DNA of 64,000 nt, from contig JAYUUN010000103.1 in NCBI GenBank assembly GCA_043754535.1, forward strand, positions 1 to 64,000, read 5' to 3'. A program made the position numbers and the translations under genes. The notes under the pieces were generated by a model. It was not told the origin of the DNA. It saw nothing but the letters and a program-made list of their open reading frames with translations, and ran no database searches. Each line of letters begins with the position of its first letter. Position 1 is the stretch's first letter. Positions 46,927 to 56,499 of this stretch are shown here, in pieces. This stretch comes from Chloroflexota bacterium. Its GTDB lineage: Bacteria > Chloroflexota > Chloroflexia > QHBQ01.

Positions 46927-47526
46927 CTAGCTGCCTGCCAGGTAGACCGTCCGCAGTGCGCTGTAGAGCGGGCCGCTGGGCGTGCGGGTGCTGTCCATCA
47001 GGCTAAGATCGCTAACCAGCCAGCTAGCCACCTCCTCCACCGCCAGAGCCTTGACCCGCTGGTGCAGCATGGTCAGTTCGCGCGCCTGCACCTTGCGTGC
47101 ATCTACCAGACCGAGGGTGATGTGGGGGCTGAACGGCCTAGTGTCTGCGGCAGGGGCAGCCCCCGCCCGCTTGAGGGCTGCATCCACGCCTTGCTGCAAG
47201 CGGTGCAGCTCTGCCAATCCCCTACCATGCAGCCCCAGCCAGACTACCTGCGGCTTCTGTTCGTTGGGGAAGTAGCCAATGCCGCCCATGTCCAGGCTGA
47301 AGGGTGAGTGCGTCGCCAGGCTTTGTAGTTGTGTACTGATCGCGGCGACACTTGCCAGAGCAATGTCGCCGATGAAGCGCAGGGTTAGGTGCAGGTTAGC
47401 CGGTGCTACCCAGCGCACAGGATCACGGCTGCGGTCGCGGCGCAGCAGGTTGAGCAGTTGCTCGATCTCAGCCCGCAGCGGGGTGGGTAGTTGCAGGGCA
47501 ACGAAGGTGCGCGTCTCCTCAGCCAA
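46927..47526 (-). CDS. thpR: RNA 2',3'-cyclic phosphodiesterase (2H family)
   Basis: RTFVAL, HLTL and HITL motifs, GPLY; TTG start after AAGGAGG. Confidence 0.92.
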   Translation of the reverse strand: MAEETRTFVALQLPTPLRAEIEQLLNLLRRDRSRDPVRWVAPANLHLTLRFIGDIALASVAAISTQLQSLATHSPFSLDMGGIGYFPNEQKPQVVWLGLHGRGLAELHRLQQGVDAALKRAGAAPAADTRPFSPHITLGLVDARKVQARELTMLHQRVKALAVEEVASWLVSDLSLMDSTRTPSGPLYSALRTVYLAGS

Positions 47527-48538
47527 GCTGTTCCTCCTTGACTGGCAGATCGGGCGGTGGCAGCGGGGCCGAGCGTGAACCCAGTTGCAGCAGTATGACC
47601 GCGCCGACGACCAGGCCGCCACCGACCAACTGCAAGCCAGCGATCTGCTGACCGAGCAACACGAAGCCTGCGACCGCCCCCACCAGAGGCTCAAAGGTGC
47701 TGATGATGCTGGCCCGACTAGGGCCGAGGCGGGCTAGACCGGCGAAGAAGGCAGCAATTGCCAGCACGGTGCCGAACAGCGACACGCCGAGGATCGCCAG
47801 CCAGCCCCAGCCTACCACCAGTAGCGGCCTGAACTCGCCGCTGAAGCCTCCGACCAGCAGTAGAACTGCCGCCGCTACGCCAAAGATGTAGGCACTGCTA
47901 ACCACTGCCGACTGCCCAGCGACTGCCCGTGTGCTGTAAATGATGTAGCTGGAGTAGATCACCGCGTTGGTCAGCGAGAGGGCAACCCCCAACCAGAGGT
48001 TCTTCTGTGGGCCAACGGGGGTGAGAACGATCAGCACACAGCCAGCCACAGCCAGCGCAAGAGCGGCCAGCTTGAGGGCAGTTAGTGGCTCCTTGTAGAT
48101 CAGGCGCGAGAGCAGGGTGACGAGCGCAGGGTAGGTGTAGAGGATGATCAGGGCTATACCCACGTCCACGTACTGGATCGCAGTGAAGTAGCAGAAGGCT
48201 TGTGCGCTGTACATCACGCCGAGAATGGCAAAGCTGCCTACTTGCCCCCGCTTCAGGCGAAACTGCTGGCCAGTGAGCAAGATGTAGGGCCAGAACAAGG
48301 CCGCCGCGATGCCGAAACGAAAGACGAGCAGGGTATTGACAGTAGAGCCGTTAACGTAAGCCCAGGTACCGAAGATGCCCATGATGCCAAAGCCGAAGGC
48401 CGAGAGGATGGTCAGGATCACCCCCAGTCCCTCCTGCCCCTGGATGCTGCGTGCCTCTGCTGGTGGCTGCTGGTTGTCGGCTTTGATGCTGGTCTGCTGC
48501 ACTGTCTCTCCATCTACGCTAGCACGATCTACACTCAT
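47519..48538 (-). CDS. EamA/DMT family transporter
   Basis: About 10 TM helices, YTYP, RASIISTFEP. Confidence 0.9.
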   Translation of the reverse strand: MSVDRASVDGETVQQTSIKADNQQPPAEARSIQGQEGLGVILTILSAFGFGIMGIFGTWAYVNGSTVNTLLVFRFGIAAALFWPYILLTGQQFRLKRGQVGSFAILGVMYSAQAFCYFTAIQYVDVGIALIILYTYPALVTLLSRLIYKEPLTALKLAALALAVAGCVLIVLTPVGPQKNLWLGVALSLTNAVIYSSYIIYSTRAVAGQSAVVSSAYIFGVAAAVLLLVGGFSGEFRPLLVVGWGWLAILGVSLFGTVLAIAAFFAGLARLGPSRASIISTFEPLVGAVAGFVLLGQQIAGLQLVGGGLVVGAVILLQLGSRSAPLPPPDLPVKEEQLG

Positions 48539-50355
48539 CTACTGTACTTGTTGGTGATCGGTAGGCGGCGGTCACGACCAAAGGCGCGCGGGGTGATCTT
48601 GATGCCAGGCGGAGCTTGCCGCCGCTTGTACTCGGCACGGTCGATCATGCGGACGATCCGCTCTACCACCACCCGGTCGTAGCTCTGCGCAATCTCGCGG
48701 GTGCTGCGATCCTCCTCGGCGTAAGCCTGGATGATCGGGTCGAGGATGTCGTAGGGCGGTAGGCTGTCGCTGTCCTTCTGGTCGGGGCGCAACTCTGCAC
48801 TGGGGGGCTTGCTCAGGATCGCGGCGGGGATCAGATCGTGGCCCGCCAGGTCATTGCGGTAGGCGCAGAGTTCGAACACCAGAGTCTTGACCACATCCTT
48901 GAGGACAGAGAAGCCGCCCACCATGTCCACGCCCCCTAGGGTGCAGTAGCCGGTCGCCAGTTCGCTCTTGTTGCCCGCGGGCAGCACCAGCCAGCCGTAC
49001 TTGTTGCTCAGGGTCATCAGGATGTTGCTGCGGATGCGGGCTTGCAGGTTCTCCTCACCAATGCCGAACTCGGCTGATGAGCCAGGGCGAGTTGCCTCCT
49101 CTGCCGCAGCCAGGGTCTCCAGGGTCGTCGCAAACGCCTGCTCAACCGCGACGCTAAGCAGCCGAATGCCGAGGTTGTCAGCCAGGATCGCCGCGTCGCT
49201 CTTGCTCCCCTCACTACTGAAGCGGCTGGGCATAGAAACGGCGATCACGTTTGCCGCCCCCAGTGCGTCGGCAGCAATTACTGCCACCAACGCCGAGTCG
49301 ATCCCTCCGCTCAGGCCCAGCACCACTTGCTGGAAGCCGTTCTTGTGCGTGTAGTCGCGCAGGCCGAGGACGAGGGCGGCGTAGGTTTCGCCGAGTGGCT
49401 CATAGAGAGTGGGGGCGATTACTACGGGCAGCGGCGGCTTATCAACCGCCGCCTCAGCCTGGCCCCCCCCTACGCGGGAGGAGGGGGGTACGGTGATGAT
49501 TTGCACCTTTGCTTCGCCCATGCCGAACTCGCTCCGCATCAGCTTCTCCTTGCGCTGGCGGGGGTCATGCAGCCGGGCGCGGAAGACACTGGTGATGTCG
49601 AGGTCGTGGAGCAGCAGTTGCTCGGCGAACTGGCTGCCCTCGGCCAGCTTGTTGCCGCGCTCGTCGAAGATCAGGCTGTTGCCGTCGAACACCAACTCAT
49701 CCTGCCCGCCGACCAGGTTGGTGTAGCAGACGATCACCCCGTTGTCGTTGGCACGGGTCGCCAACATCGTTTCGCGCCAGTTACCCTTGCCGCGCTGGTA
49801 GGGCGAAGCGTTGATGTTGACGATCAAGTGTGCGCCGTGATACGCCTGCGCCTCGGTTGGGCCAGAGGGGAACCAGATGTCTTCGCAGATGTTGTAGCCG
49901 ATGTTCACCCCACGGTAGCGGCAGATCGTCGCGCTACGCCCCGCCTGGAAGTAGCGATCCTCGTCGAACACGCCGTAGTTGGGCAGGTACATCTTGTGGT
50001 AAGTATCCACCAACTTGCCGTCCGCAATGAAGGCCGCCGCGTTAAACAGGTCGTCGCCCACGTCTACGAAGCCGACGATCACCGCCAACCCCACACTGGC
50101 CTGCACGATCTGGTCGAGGCAGCGCAGGTTGTCGGCGATGAAGCTGGGCTTGAACAACAAGTCCTCTGGGGGATAGCCAGTGATCGCCAGTTCGGGGAAG
50201 CTGATCAGGTCGCAGCCAGCGGCGCGGGCGCGTTCGATGTCGGCGATGATGCGCGCTGTATTGCCCGCCAGGTCGCCAACCGTGGTGTTGATTTGGGCCA
50301 GGGCGACGCGGAAGGGACGACCTTCGAGCAGGCTGGCAAGATTGCTATCAGTCAT
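48535..50355 (-). CDS. nadE: Glutamine-dependent NAD+ synthetase
   Basis: Nitrilase domain (FPEL, K..LPNY, ICEDIW) plus SGGIDS, GNKSE, PPSAEL. Confidence 0.96.
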   Translation of the reverse strand: MTDSNLASLLEGRPFRVALAQINTTVGDLAGNTARIIADIERARAAGCDLISFPELAITGYPPEDLLFKPSFIADNLRCLDQIVQASVGLAVIVGFVDVGDDLFNAAAFIADGKLVDTYHKMYLPNYGVFDEDRYFQAGRSATICRYRGVNIGYNICEDIWFPSGPTEAQAYHGAHLIVNINASPYQRGKGNWRETMLATRANDNGVIVCYTNLVGGQDELVFDGNSLIFDERGNKLAEGSQFAEQLLLHDLDITSVFRARLHDPRQRKEKLMRSEFGMGEAKVQIITVPPSSRVGGGQAEAAVDKPPLPVVIAPTLYEPLGETYAALVLGLRDYTHKNGFQQVVLGLSGGIDSALVAVIAADALGAANVIAVSMPSRFSSEGSKSDAAILADNLGIRLLSVAVEQAFATTLETLAAAEEATRPGSSAEFGIGEENLQARIRSNILMTLSNKYGWLVLPAGNKSELATGYCTLGGVDMVGGFSVLKDVVKTLVFELCAYRNDLAGHDLIPAAILSKPPSAELRPDQKDSDSLPPYDILDPIIQAYAEEDRSTREIAQSYDRVVVERIVRMIDRAEYKRRQAPPGIKITPRAFGRDRRLPITNKYSR

Positions 50356-50517
50356 CAGGCTCTCCTAGTTTGGGCAGGGTGTTGGCTGAATTATAACACG
50401 CGGCGGCAACCGGGCGCGGGCGGCAGCCTTTTTGCAGCAGCGCAACCCTTTGCAGGTGGTGAAGATGAAACATTCTGCGCCCCAAACGCATCCTAAGCCG
50501 TGTGATGAAAGCATACT

Positions 50518-51804
50518 TTGTACATCAGGAAAGGAATTAACTACCAGCGGCTACTGGCGAGCAGTATCTTGATCGTTGCCCTGCTACTCGGCAGCGTACC
50601 AGCAGCCCAGGCCCAGAGTCGGGTGCGCTACTTCGACCAGACCGGCCCCAATGTCAGCGGTCGCTTCCTCGACTATTGGGAGCAACATGGTGGCCTGGTT
50701 CAGCAGGGCTATCCCCTCAGCGAGTTGGTCAGCGAGACCTCGGAGGTAGATGGCCGCAACTACAACGTGCAATACTTTGAGCGTGCTGCCCTTGAGGCGC
50801 ACCCAGAGAATACGGCCCCGAACGACATTCTGCTAACCCAGCTTGGCCGCCTGCGCCTTGCCACCCGCTACCCACAGGCCAACCCAACCAGCGAAGCTGC
50901 CCCCAGCAGCGATCCTGCTTACTTTGCCGCCACCCGCCACGCTATAGATGGTCGCTTCTTCGACTACTGGCAGAAGCATGGTGGCCTGGTTCAGCAGGGC
51001 TACCCCCTGACCGAGGCTTTCATCGAGAACTCTGAACTGGATGGCAACCCCTACGTGGTGCAGTATTTTGAGCGAGCCGCGTTCGAGTACCACCCGGAGA
51101 ACGCAGCCCCAAACGATATTCTGCTCAGCCAATTGGGCCGCCTGCGCTATGTAGTGAAATATGGGCCAGTCAATCGGGCTGCGCCGATCAGCAGCCAGCC
51201 AGCGCAGGCTGGTGCGGCCAACGTGGTCATCGTGCAGTACGACCACTACGTGAGCAGCATTGGCATCCTACGCTTTGTGGGCCTGCTGCGGAACACGGGT
51301 GGCACAACCGCCAGCGGTATCGGCATTGCCCTGACCCTCTTTGATGCGAGCGGCAAGGTCAGTGGCACGGGCAGCGACTACTCGCAGCTTGGCCGCATCC
51401 TTGCACCTGGGGAGAGCATTGGTTTCTTCATCGATGTTCTCGGCCCGCCCAGCACTTGGGCGCGAGAGGACTTGAAGCTGACAGCCCAGAACTACAATCC
51501 GGCAGCCGCCTTCATCTTCAAACCAACCAGCAACTTCAGTGTCTCCGCCGATAGCCTCGGTCGGGGCATACTGGGCGACCAGCTTGTACGCGGCCTGGTT
51601 CGTAACAACGAAGCAGTGGAAGCCAAGTTCGTCGCGGTGCTGGCGACTGGCTACGATGCAGCGGGCAAGGTAGTGGATGTCAACTTCGCCTTCACCAACC
51701 CCGGCACTGTGCCAGCGGGCGGTGACGCTAGCTTCACCGTAGCCTTTCCCCGCCTCGACCGTCAGATCGTGCGCTACGAGCTAGTAGTTGGCGGCCAACT
51801 TTAG
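50518..51804 (+). CDS. Secreted protein with two YF..GH/GYP/VQYFER repeats and two C-terminal FxLYD-like domains
   Basis: Signal peptide; repeats at DNA and protein level; LTLFDASGKV and TGYDAAGKVV; start codon uncertain. Confidence 0.78.
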   Translation: MYIRKGINYQRLLASSILIVALLLGSVPAAQAQSRVRYFDQTGPNVSGRFLDYWEQHGGLVQQGYPLSELVSETSEVDGRNYNVQYFERAALEAHPENTAPNDILLTQLGRLRLATRYPQANPTSEAAPSSDPAYFAATRHAIDGRFFDYWQKHGGLVQQGYPLTEAFIENSELDGNPYVVQYFERAAFEYHPENAAPNDILLSQLGRLRYVVKYGPVNRAAPISSQPAQAGAANVVIVQYDHYVSSIGILRFVGLLRNTGGTTASGIGIALTLFDASGKVSGTGSDYSQLGRILAPGESIGFFIDVLGPPSTWAREDLKLTAQNYNPAAAFIFKPTSNFSVSADSLGRGILGDQLVRGLVRNNEAVEAKFVAVLATGYDAAGKVVDVNFAFTNPGTVPAGGDASFTVAFPRLDRQIVRYELVVGGQL

Positions 51805-51814
51805 GAGGCAAACA

Positions 51815-52513
51815 ATGAAGATCAGAGTAACCCTGGCCCTGCTGATCGTCCTCAGCCTGACCGCTTGCAGCGGCAGGCCGGGGCCGGTCGCCAGCCAGCC
51901 GACCACCACGCCCGCCGCTGGCAGTATGGCTGGTATGGAGATGGGCGGCCACAACGGGATGGATCAGCACGATATGCAGCCGGGGCCACACATGAAGATG
52001 ACCACCCAACGCACCCCCACCGCTGCCGACCGCCAGAAGCTGGCCCAGCTTGAGCAGACCGCCCGCGACACGCTCGACAAGTACAAGGACTACAAGGTTG
52101 CCGAGCGCAATGGCTATGAAGCCTTCTTCCCCAACGTGCCGCAGGAAATCTACCACTTCGTCAACTACACCCGCTCCTACTGGGAGAACTACCGCCTCGA
52201 CCCAGCCCAACCAGGTGCTTTGCTCTACAAGAAAGTGGGCGGCGGCTACGAACTGGTGGGCGTGATGTACACCGCCGCGATCACCGCCAGCGATGAGCAG
52301 ATGAACGAGCGGGTGCCGCTCAGTGTAGCCGCCTGGCACGCGCACATCAACATCTGCATCCCAGCGGTGAAGGACTGGTCCAAGTGGGACAATGCCCGCT
52401 TTGGCGTAGAAGGTTCAATCGCTAGCGAAGCCGATTGCAAGGCGGCTGACGGCTACTTCCTCGACCACTTTGGCGGCTGGATGGTTCACATCTACCCCTT
52501 CGCCAAGAGCTAG
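51815..52513 (+). CDS. Lipoprotein with Met/His-rich N-terminus, function unknown
   Basis: LTAC lipobox; AGGAGG SD; LDPAQPGALLY, WHAH..C, WMVH. Confidence 0.75.
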   Translation: MKIRVTLALLIVLSLTACSGRPGPVASQPTTTPAAGSMAGMEMGGHNGMDQHDMQPGPHMKMTTQRTPTAADRQKLAQLEQTARDTLDKYKDYKVAERNGYEAFFPNVPQEIYHFVNYTRSYWENYRLDPAQPGALLYKKVGGGYELVGVMYTAAITASDEQMNERVPLSVAAWHAHINICIPAVKDWSKWDNARFGVEGSIASEADCKAADGYFLDHFGGWMVHIYPFAKS

Positions 52514-53619
52514 CTAATCACAGCGATCTGCACCACAAACTGTGCGCTATCGGGAGCGGCGAAACGTACCAGCCGCTCCCCTTCCTCGCTCAAAGCCGCT
52601 TGCACAGCGGGGCTGAGCGGCGCGAAGGGGGTCAGGGTCAGGGTAGCTAGCTTCTTCTTGCGCTCTACCTTCCAGATGCCAGCCACGAAGCCGTCTACCA
52701 GGAAGGTGGCCCACACTCGCGTGGCAGGGTTGAAGACGCGGGCGTGGTACTCTCGCGCCACGATGCGGCTGCGATCCTCATGCGCCAGCACAATATTGTC
52801 GTAATCGGCGGTGAAAATTACTGGCACGGGCCTATCTGCCGCAGCCAACAGGCCATCGGGTAGGTCGAACAACTCCTTGCCTTGCTCGGTGCGGAAGGTT
52901 CGCAGTACAGGGCGCAACTGCTCAAAGGTCGATCTCATTCCTTGTAGACCCGACCACTTCTGGAAGTCGGCGACAGTAGCCGGGCCGAAGGCCACCAGGT
53001 AACGGCGGATTAGCTCTGGCAGCGCGTCCTCACCTGCATCCAGCGGTTGGCCCAGCCAATCTTCGGCGACCACCTGGGCGGCCTCCTTGTTGTTGTCCCA
53101 CACCCCACCGGGGTAAGCATGGAGCGTCGGCAGGTGCATCCGCACGCTGTAGCCAAGCATCCGTTCATCCGCGCCAGGGTGACTGGCAACCAGCAGGTCA
53201 CGCAATTCCGCGAAGGTGCGTGGCTGCTCCTCCATGTGTACTCGTGCCTCAGCCGCTACTTGCTCAATATCAATGCCAGCCATGCGGTTGGTCGAGACTG
53301 AAGTGAGGCTGCGGCTAAGGGGCGGTTGGAGAACACGGCGGAAGCGCAGGTAGTCGGTTGCGCTGAACAGGTGCAGGGTTGCTCGCATCACGGTAGCCTT
53401 GACCACCTTGCGCTGTTCGATAGCGCGGCTGAGGTCATCATGCTGGAAGCCTCGCAGCCGCGTCCAGAGGCCAATGTAAGGCGCGTTGGCTACCTGCCCC
53501 TGCAAGCCAATCAGCCGCTCGATGGCCGCGACTGGCGACAGCGATACACGCGCCAGCAACAACTGTCGCGCCAGCAAGGTACGGTTCAGTTCGCGCAGGG
53601 TCAGCACTTGATCTGCCAC
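52510..53619 (-). CDS. AlkZ/YcaQ-like (HTH_42) winged-helix DNA glycosylase
   Basis: LNRTLLARQLLL, LQGQ (QxQ), MRATLH, YLVAFGPAT..DF..WSG, VDGFVAG.W. Confidence 0.88.
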   Translation of the reverse strand: MADQVLTLRELNRTLLARQLLLARVSLSPVAAIERLIGLQGQVANAPYIGLWTRLRGFQHDDLSRAIEQRKVVKATVMRATLHLFSATDYLRFRRVLQPPLSRSLTSVSTNRMAGIDIEQVAAEARVHMEEQPRTFAELRDLLVASHPGADERMLGYSVRMHLPTLHAYPGGVWDNNKEAAQVVAEDWLGQPLDAGEDALPELIRRYLVAFGPATVADFQKWSGLQGMRSTFEQLRPVLRTFRTEQGKELFDLPDGLLAAADRPVPVIFTADYDNIVLAHEDRSRIVAREYHARVFNPATRVWATFLVDGFVAGIWKVERKKKLATLTLTPFAPLSPAVQAALSEEGERLVRFAAPDSAQFVVQIAVIS

Positions 53620-55139
53620 GATGCTAACCCTCCTCCATCTTGCGGCAGCCCAGCCGCGCGGATCGCCAGCCCGACGGGGCAGCCAGCACAGGCTTGCTGA
53701 CCGCAGTGGTGGCGGTAGAGGTGGATCAATCCTTGTTGGCGGCGGGCGGTGGCGAGTAGGCCGCGTTCACTCTTGCGCGGGCCGAGCAGTTCGGCGGCCA
53801 TGCGGCGGGTAGTCTCATTCCCTGCCAGGCGGGGGAACAGGTGGTAGGCCGTGCACGTCTTGTTGGCGATCTGCGGCTCGTCACGCAGGTTGGCGTAGGC
53901 GTGCAGGAAGGGCAAGACGACATTGAGCGCGATCTCGGCGGCCCGACTCTCACCGATCAGGTCTTGGCTGCTCCCCAACCGCGAGCCGAAGTCCGCGTGG
54001 TCGGCCCAGTAGCTAGCTGGCGCACTTAGGGTGAGGGCTGCGATCAAGGCGGCGGGGAGGTCGCGGGCATCCGCGTGGGCGACAATGCCGTGCAGGCCGT
54101 CCAGCAATCCTGCGCGCAAGTAGCGGCTGAGGAGCGCAGCGGCAGCCGCCAACCGTCGTACCGGGTGGTTGGCGGGCCGCACTTTGGCGAACTGCCAGGG
54201 GTAGGGGCTGGCAGTGGCGGGCTGGCTAGTGAACGGCTGCAAGAGAGACAGGGCTGCTTGCCATTGGCGTTCGAGGTCGCTGCTGTACTCTGCGCCCTGC
54301 CAGTCGAGCGGCTTCGGTTTGCGCTGGCTGGGTAGCAGGCCTGCAACGCCCAGCAAGGCGGCTTCCAGCAGATTCGCCTGCGCCCCCTTACCAGCAATGA
54401 CTACCAACTGGTGGAGCGGCAGGGCGGCGGCAAGCTGCTGCATCGGCTGGCGGTTCTGGCTGTAGCCGAGCGCGTCGCAGATCGCGGCGTACAGCACCTG
54501 TGCGGCATGGTCGGCGGCGGTCAGGTGGCTGGGATAATGGTAAGGGTCATAGCCAGCCAGCGCAGCCTCGAATCCCGCTGCCTTCTCCGCAAAGCGCAAC
54601 CCGCCCATTGCGTCGAAGATACCGGCCAGGGTTGCACTTGGCAGGTCGCGGGCCGCTTGCCAGCACGGTTCTTCGCTCAAGGTCGGGATGTTGGCAAGCA
54701 GCGGCGCAGTGGCGGCGGGTAGCTGGCTGAGGGGCAGCGCGAGGTATGGTTGCAGGGCGAGAGTAGGGATCGCTGTACCGTCAGCCCGCACCGTCGCGGC
54801 TTCGTCGGGCCGGGGGCTGAACAGGGTGACGTGCAGAACGACATTGTTATAGGCCAGGTCGCGGTGGTGGCCGTGCCGCTGCCAGTCGGCGGCGTGCAGG
54901 TGCAGTTCCACATCACCCTTGAGCAGCCGCCTGCCCTCAAGCTCGATCATCCCGTCGCGGAAGTCGGGGCCGGGGCCTCCATCCCACCGCCCACGATAAA
55001 CGACCGCCACTGCCCTATTGTCCACCGTCCAGTAGGGGCCACGTAGGAGGTCGCCCCCCTGTGCGCTCCACAAGGCAGCTAGCATCCGCTCGTTGAGTGC
55101 GGGCAGGCTGACCAGCTTACCGCCTTCGACCTTCACCAT
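53601..55139 (-). CDS. DUF2851 family protein
   Basis: GPDF, GDVELH...DW..HGH..D..YNNVVLHV, LGY..N, RPANHP.RRL, QQGLIHLY..C...C..C. Confidence 0.85.
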   Translation of the reverse strand: MVKVEGGKLVSLPALNERMLAALWSAQGGDLLRGPYWTVDNRAVAVVYRGRWDGGPGPDFRDGMIELEGRRLLKGDVELHLHAADWQRHGHHRDLAYNNVVLHVTLFSPRPDEAATVRADGTAIPTLALQPYLALPLSQLPAATAPLLANIPTLSEEPCWQAARDLPSATLAGIFDAMGGLRFAEKAAGFEAALAGYDPYHYPSHLTAADHAAQVLYAAICDALGYSQNRQPMQQLAAALPLHQLVVIAGKGAQANLLEAALLGVAGLLPSQRKPKPLDWQGAEYSSDLERQWQAALSLLQPFTSQPATASPYPWQFAKVRPANHPVRRLAAAAALLSRYLRAGLLDGLHGIVAHADARDLPAALIAALTLSAPASYWADHADFGSRLGSSQDLIGESRAAEIALNVVLPFLHAYANLRDEPQIANKTCTAYHLFPRLAGNETTRRMAAELLGPRKSERGLLATARRQQGLIHLYRHHCGQQACAGCPVGLAIRAAGLPQDGGGLASWQIKC

Positions 55140-55162
55140 CGCTGCACCCTCCTTGCAGCAGG

Positions 55163-55191
55163 ATAGTAGCACAAGAGGGCGCAGTTGTCAA
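55163..55191 (-). promoter_or_regulatory. Sigma70 promoter TTGACA-N17-TACTAT for the DUF2851/AlkZ-like pair
   Basis: Consensus -35, 17-nt spacer, TG-extended -10. Confidence 0.65.
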
Positions 55192-55349
55192 CCAGCGACT
55201 GGCTACCACCCCCGGCGAGGCCTCCACGCACTCAAGGGATCACGCTGAAGCTCCACCAGCTACTATCGAGCCGATGGACATCCGCTTGCCGCGCAAGGTC
55301 GAGGTGGGGAGCAATGGGGGAGCTTGAGGCTCTACCTGTAACATGGAAT

Positions 55350-55376
55350 AGGCTTCTACACCACGTGGAAGCCTGT
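55350..55376. terminator. Hairpin downstream of the orphan lipoprotein gene
   Basis: AGGCTTCTAC / GTGGAAGCCT stem. Confidence 0.5.
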
Positions 55377-55401
55377 TTGTGGAACTGACACTGACCGAGG
55401 G

Positions 55402-56055
55402 TTAAGGCTGAGTTGGTGTGGGTGGGGTCTTGCCATAGTGCAGCTTACTGCCTGGCTCTGGGGTTGGACAAACAATTACTGCACTGGCTGCCATTTGCTT
55501 AACCTGACCAGGGTAGTCGTCTGCTAGATCAGCACTGGGCAGAACGGCTCTGTATAGTCCACCATTAACTGACCCGTTTAGGAAGGCTGGTGAGGCTACC
55601 CATTCGTCAAAGACGTAAGCTATGTACTTAGCTGGTTGGTAGACGTGCTGGGCAGTAGTGCCTGGCAGGTTGGCTTGGCTGAAGTCAAAGTCTCCCTTGA
55701 GGATAACCAACCGCAGAGGCGGTTCTTCAACAGTAGCGGGGAAGCCTGGACAGATAATGCCGATCATGCCTAGCTCCTCTTGCTGAACTGAGCGAGCCAA
55801 AACTGCCTGTGGTACTCCACTTCGTGTCATTCGTTGGGCTATAGCATACTGTTCAGCAAACCTGCCAACCTGATAGTCAGTTGCGCCCACAAGGGAGTGT
55901 ACTGTACCGTAGTTGAACTGACCTAAAGATGATGCTGCACCGCCAGCCTCTTTGCTAGTGACATCCCCAGGTTGGGTACAAGCCACTAGCGTCATGGCTA
56001 CTGTTATCAACAGTACAACGCCTAGCAGCCTGCTGAGTTGCAACTTGATAAACAT
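55402..56055 (-). CDS. Hypothetical lipoprotein in a lower-GC segment
   Basis: LVAC lipobox; AAGGAG SD. Confidence 0.65.
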   Translation of the reverse strand: MFIKLQLSRLLGVVLLITVAMTLVACTQPGDVTSKEAGGAASSLGQFNYGTVHSLVGATDYQVGRFAEQYAIAQRMTRSGVPQAVLARSVQQEELGMIGIICPGFPATVEEPPLRLVILKGDFDFSQANLPGTTAQHVYQPAKYIAYVFDEWVASPAFLNGSVNGGLYRAVLPSADLADDYPGQVKQMAASAVIVCPTPEPGSKLHYGKTPPTPTQP

Positions 56056-56499
56056 TGTCCCTCTCCTTCTATTTGCTGACCAATGCCCAATCATAGTTGG
56101 ACGTAGAGGAGATTACTGTTGGTGCCGCTGTCATCCCAGCTGCCGTATGGAACTGACCGGTGAGGTAGGATCGCATCTCACTAGAGAGCCGGACTCAACG
56201 AAGGAACCATTGTACCTCTCTGTAGCACCTATAGGAGAAGCAATGAAGCCGCTTCTATTCTACTATAGCCGCCAACGGTACCAGCCCCTGCAGGGCATTA
56301 TAGTGGAAGGGGGCTTAGTTAGTCAACAGAGTACGGCAGGCGGCCCAGGGTTGCTCGCTAAGGCAGGCAGCCAGTCTTCGCCCGGCAACTTTGGTTCGCC
56401 AGATTATCGAGTTGACCAGACGGCTTGCGCTGATCTATAATGACGGTGGAAATCGGGTGCCGGTTAAGGCACGGGGGCTGCGAGGAAGGTGGTGGGCTG

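Noticed and set aside
47527..47694. Upstream extension of the thpR ORF
   Set aside because: Overlaps the DMT gene; SD supports TTG at 47526
49327..50496. 389-aa plus-strand ORF
   Set aside because: Antisense shadow of nadE
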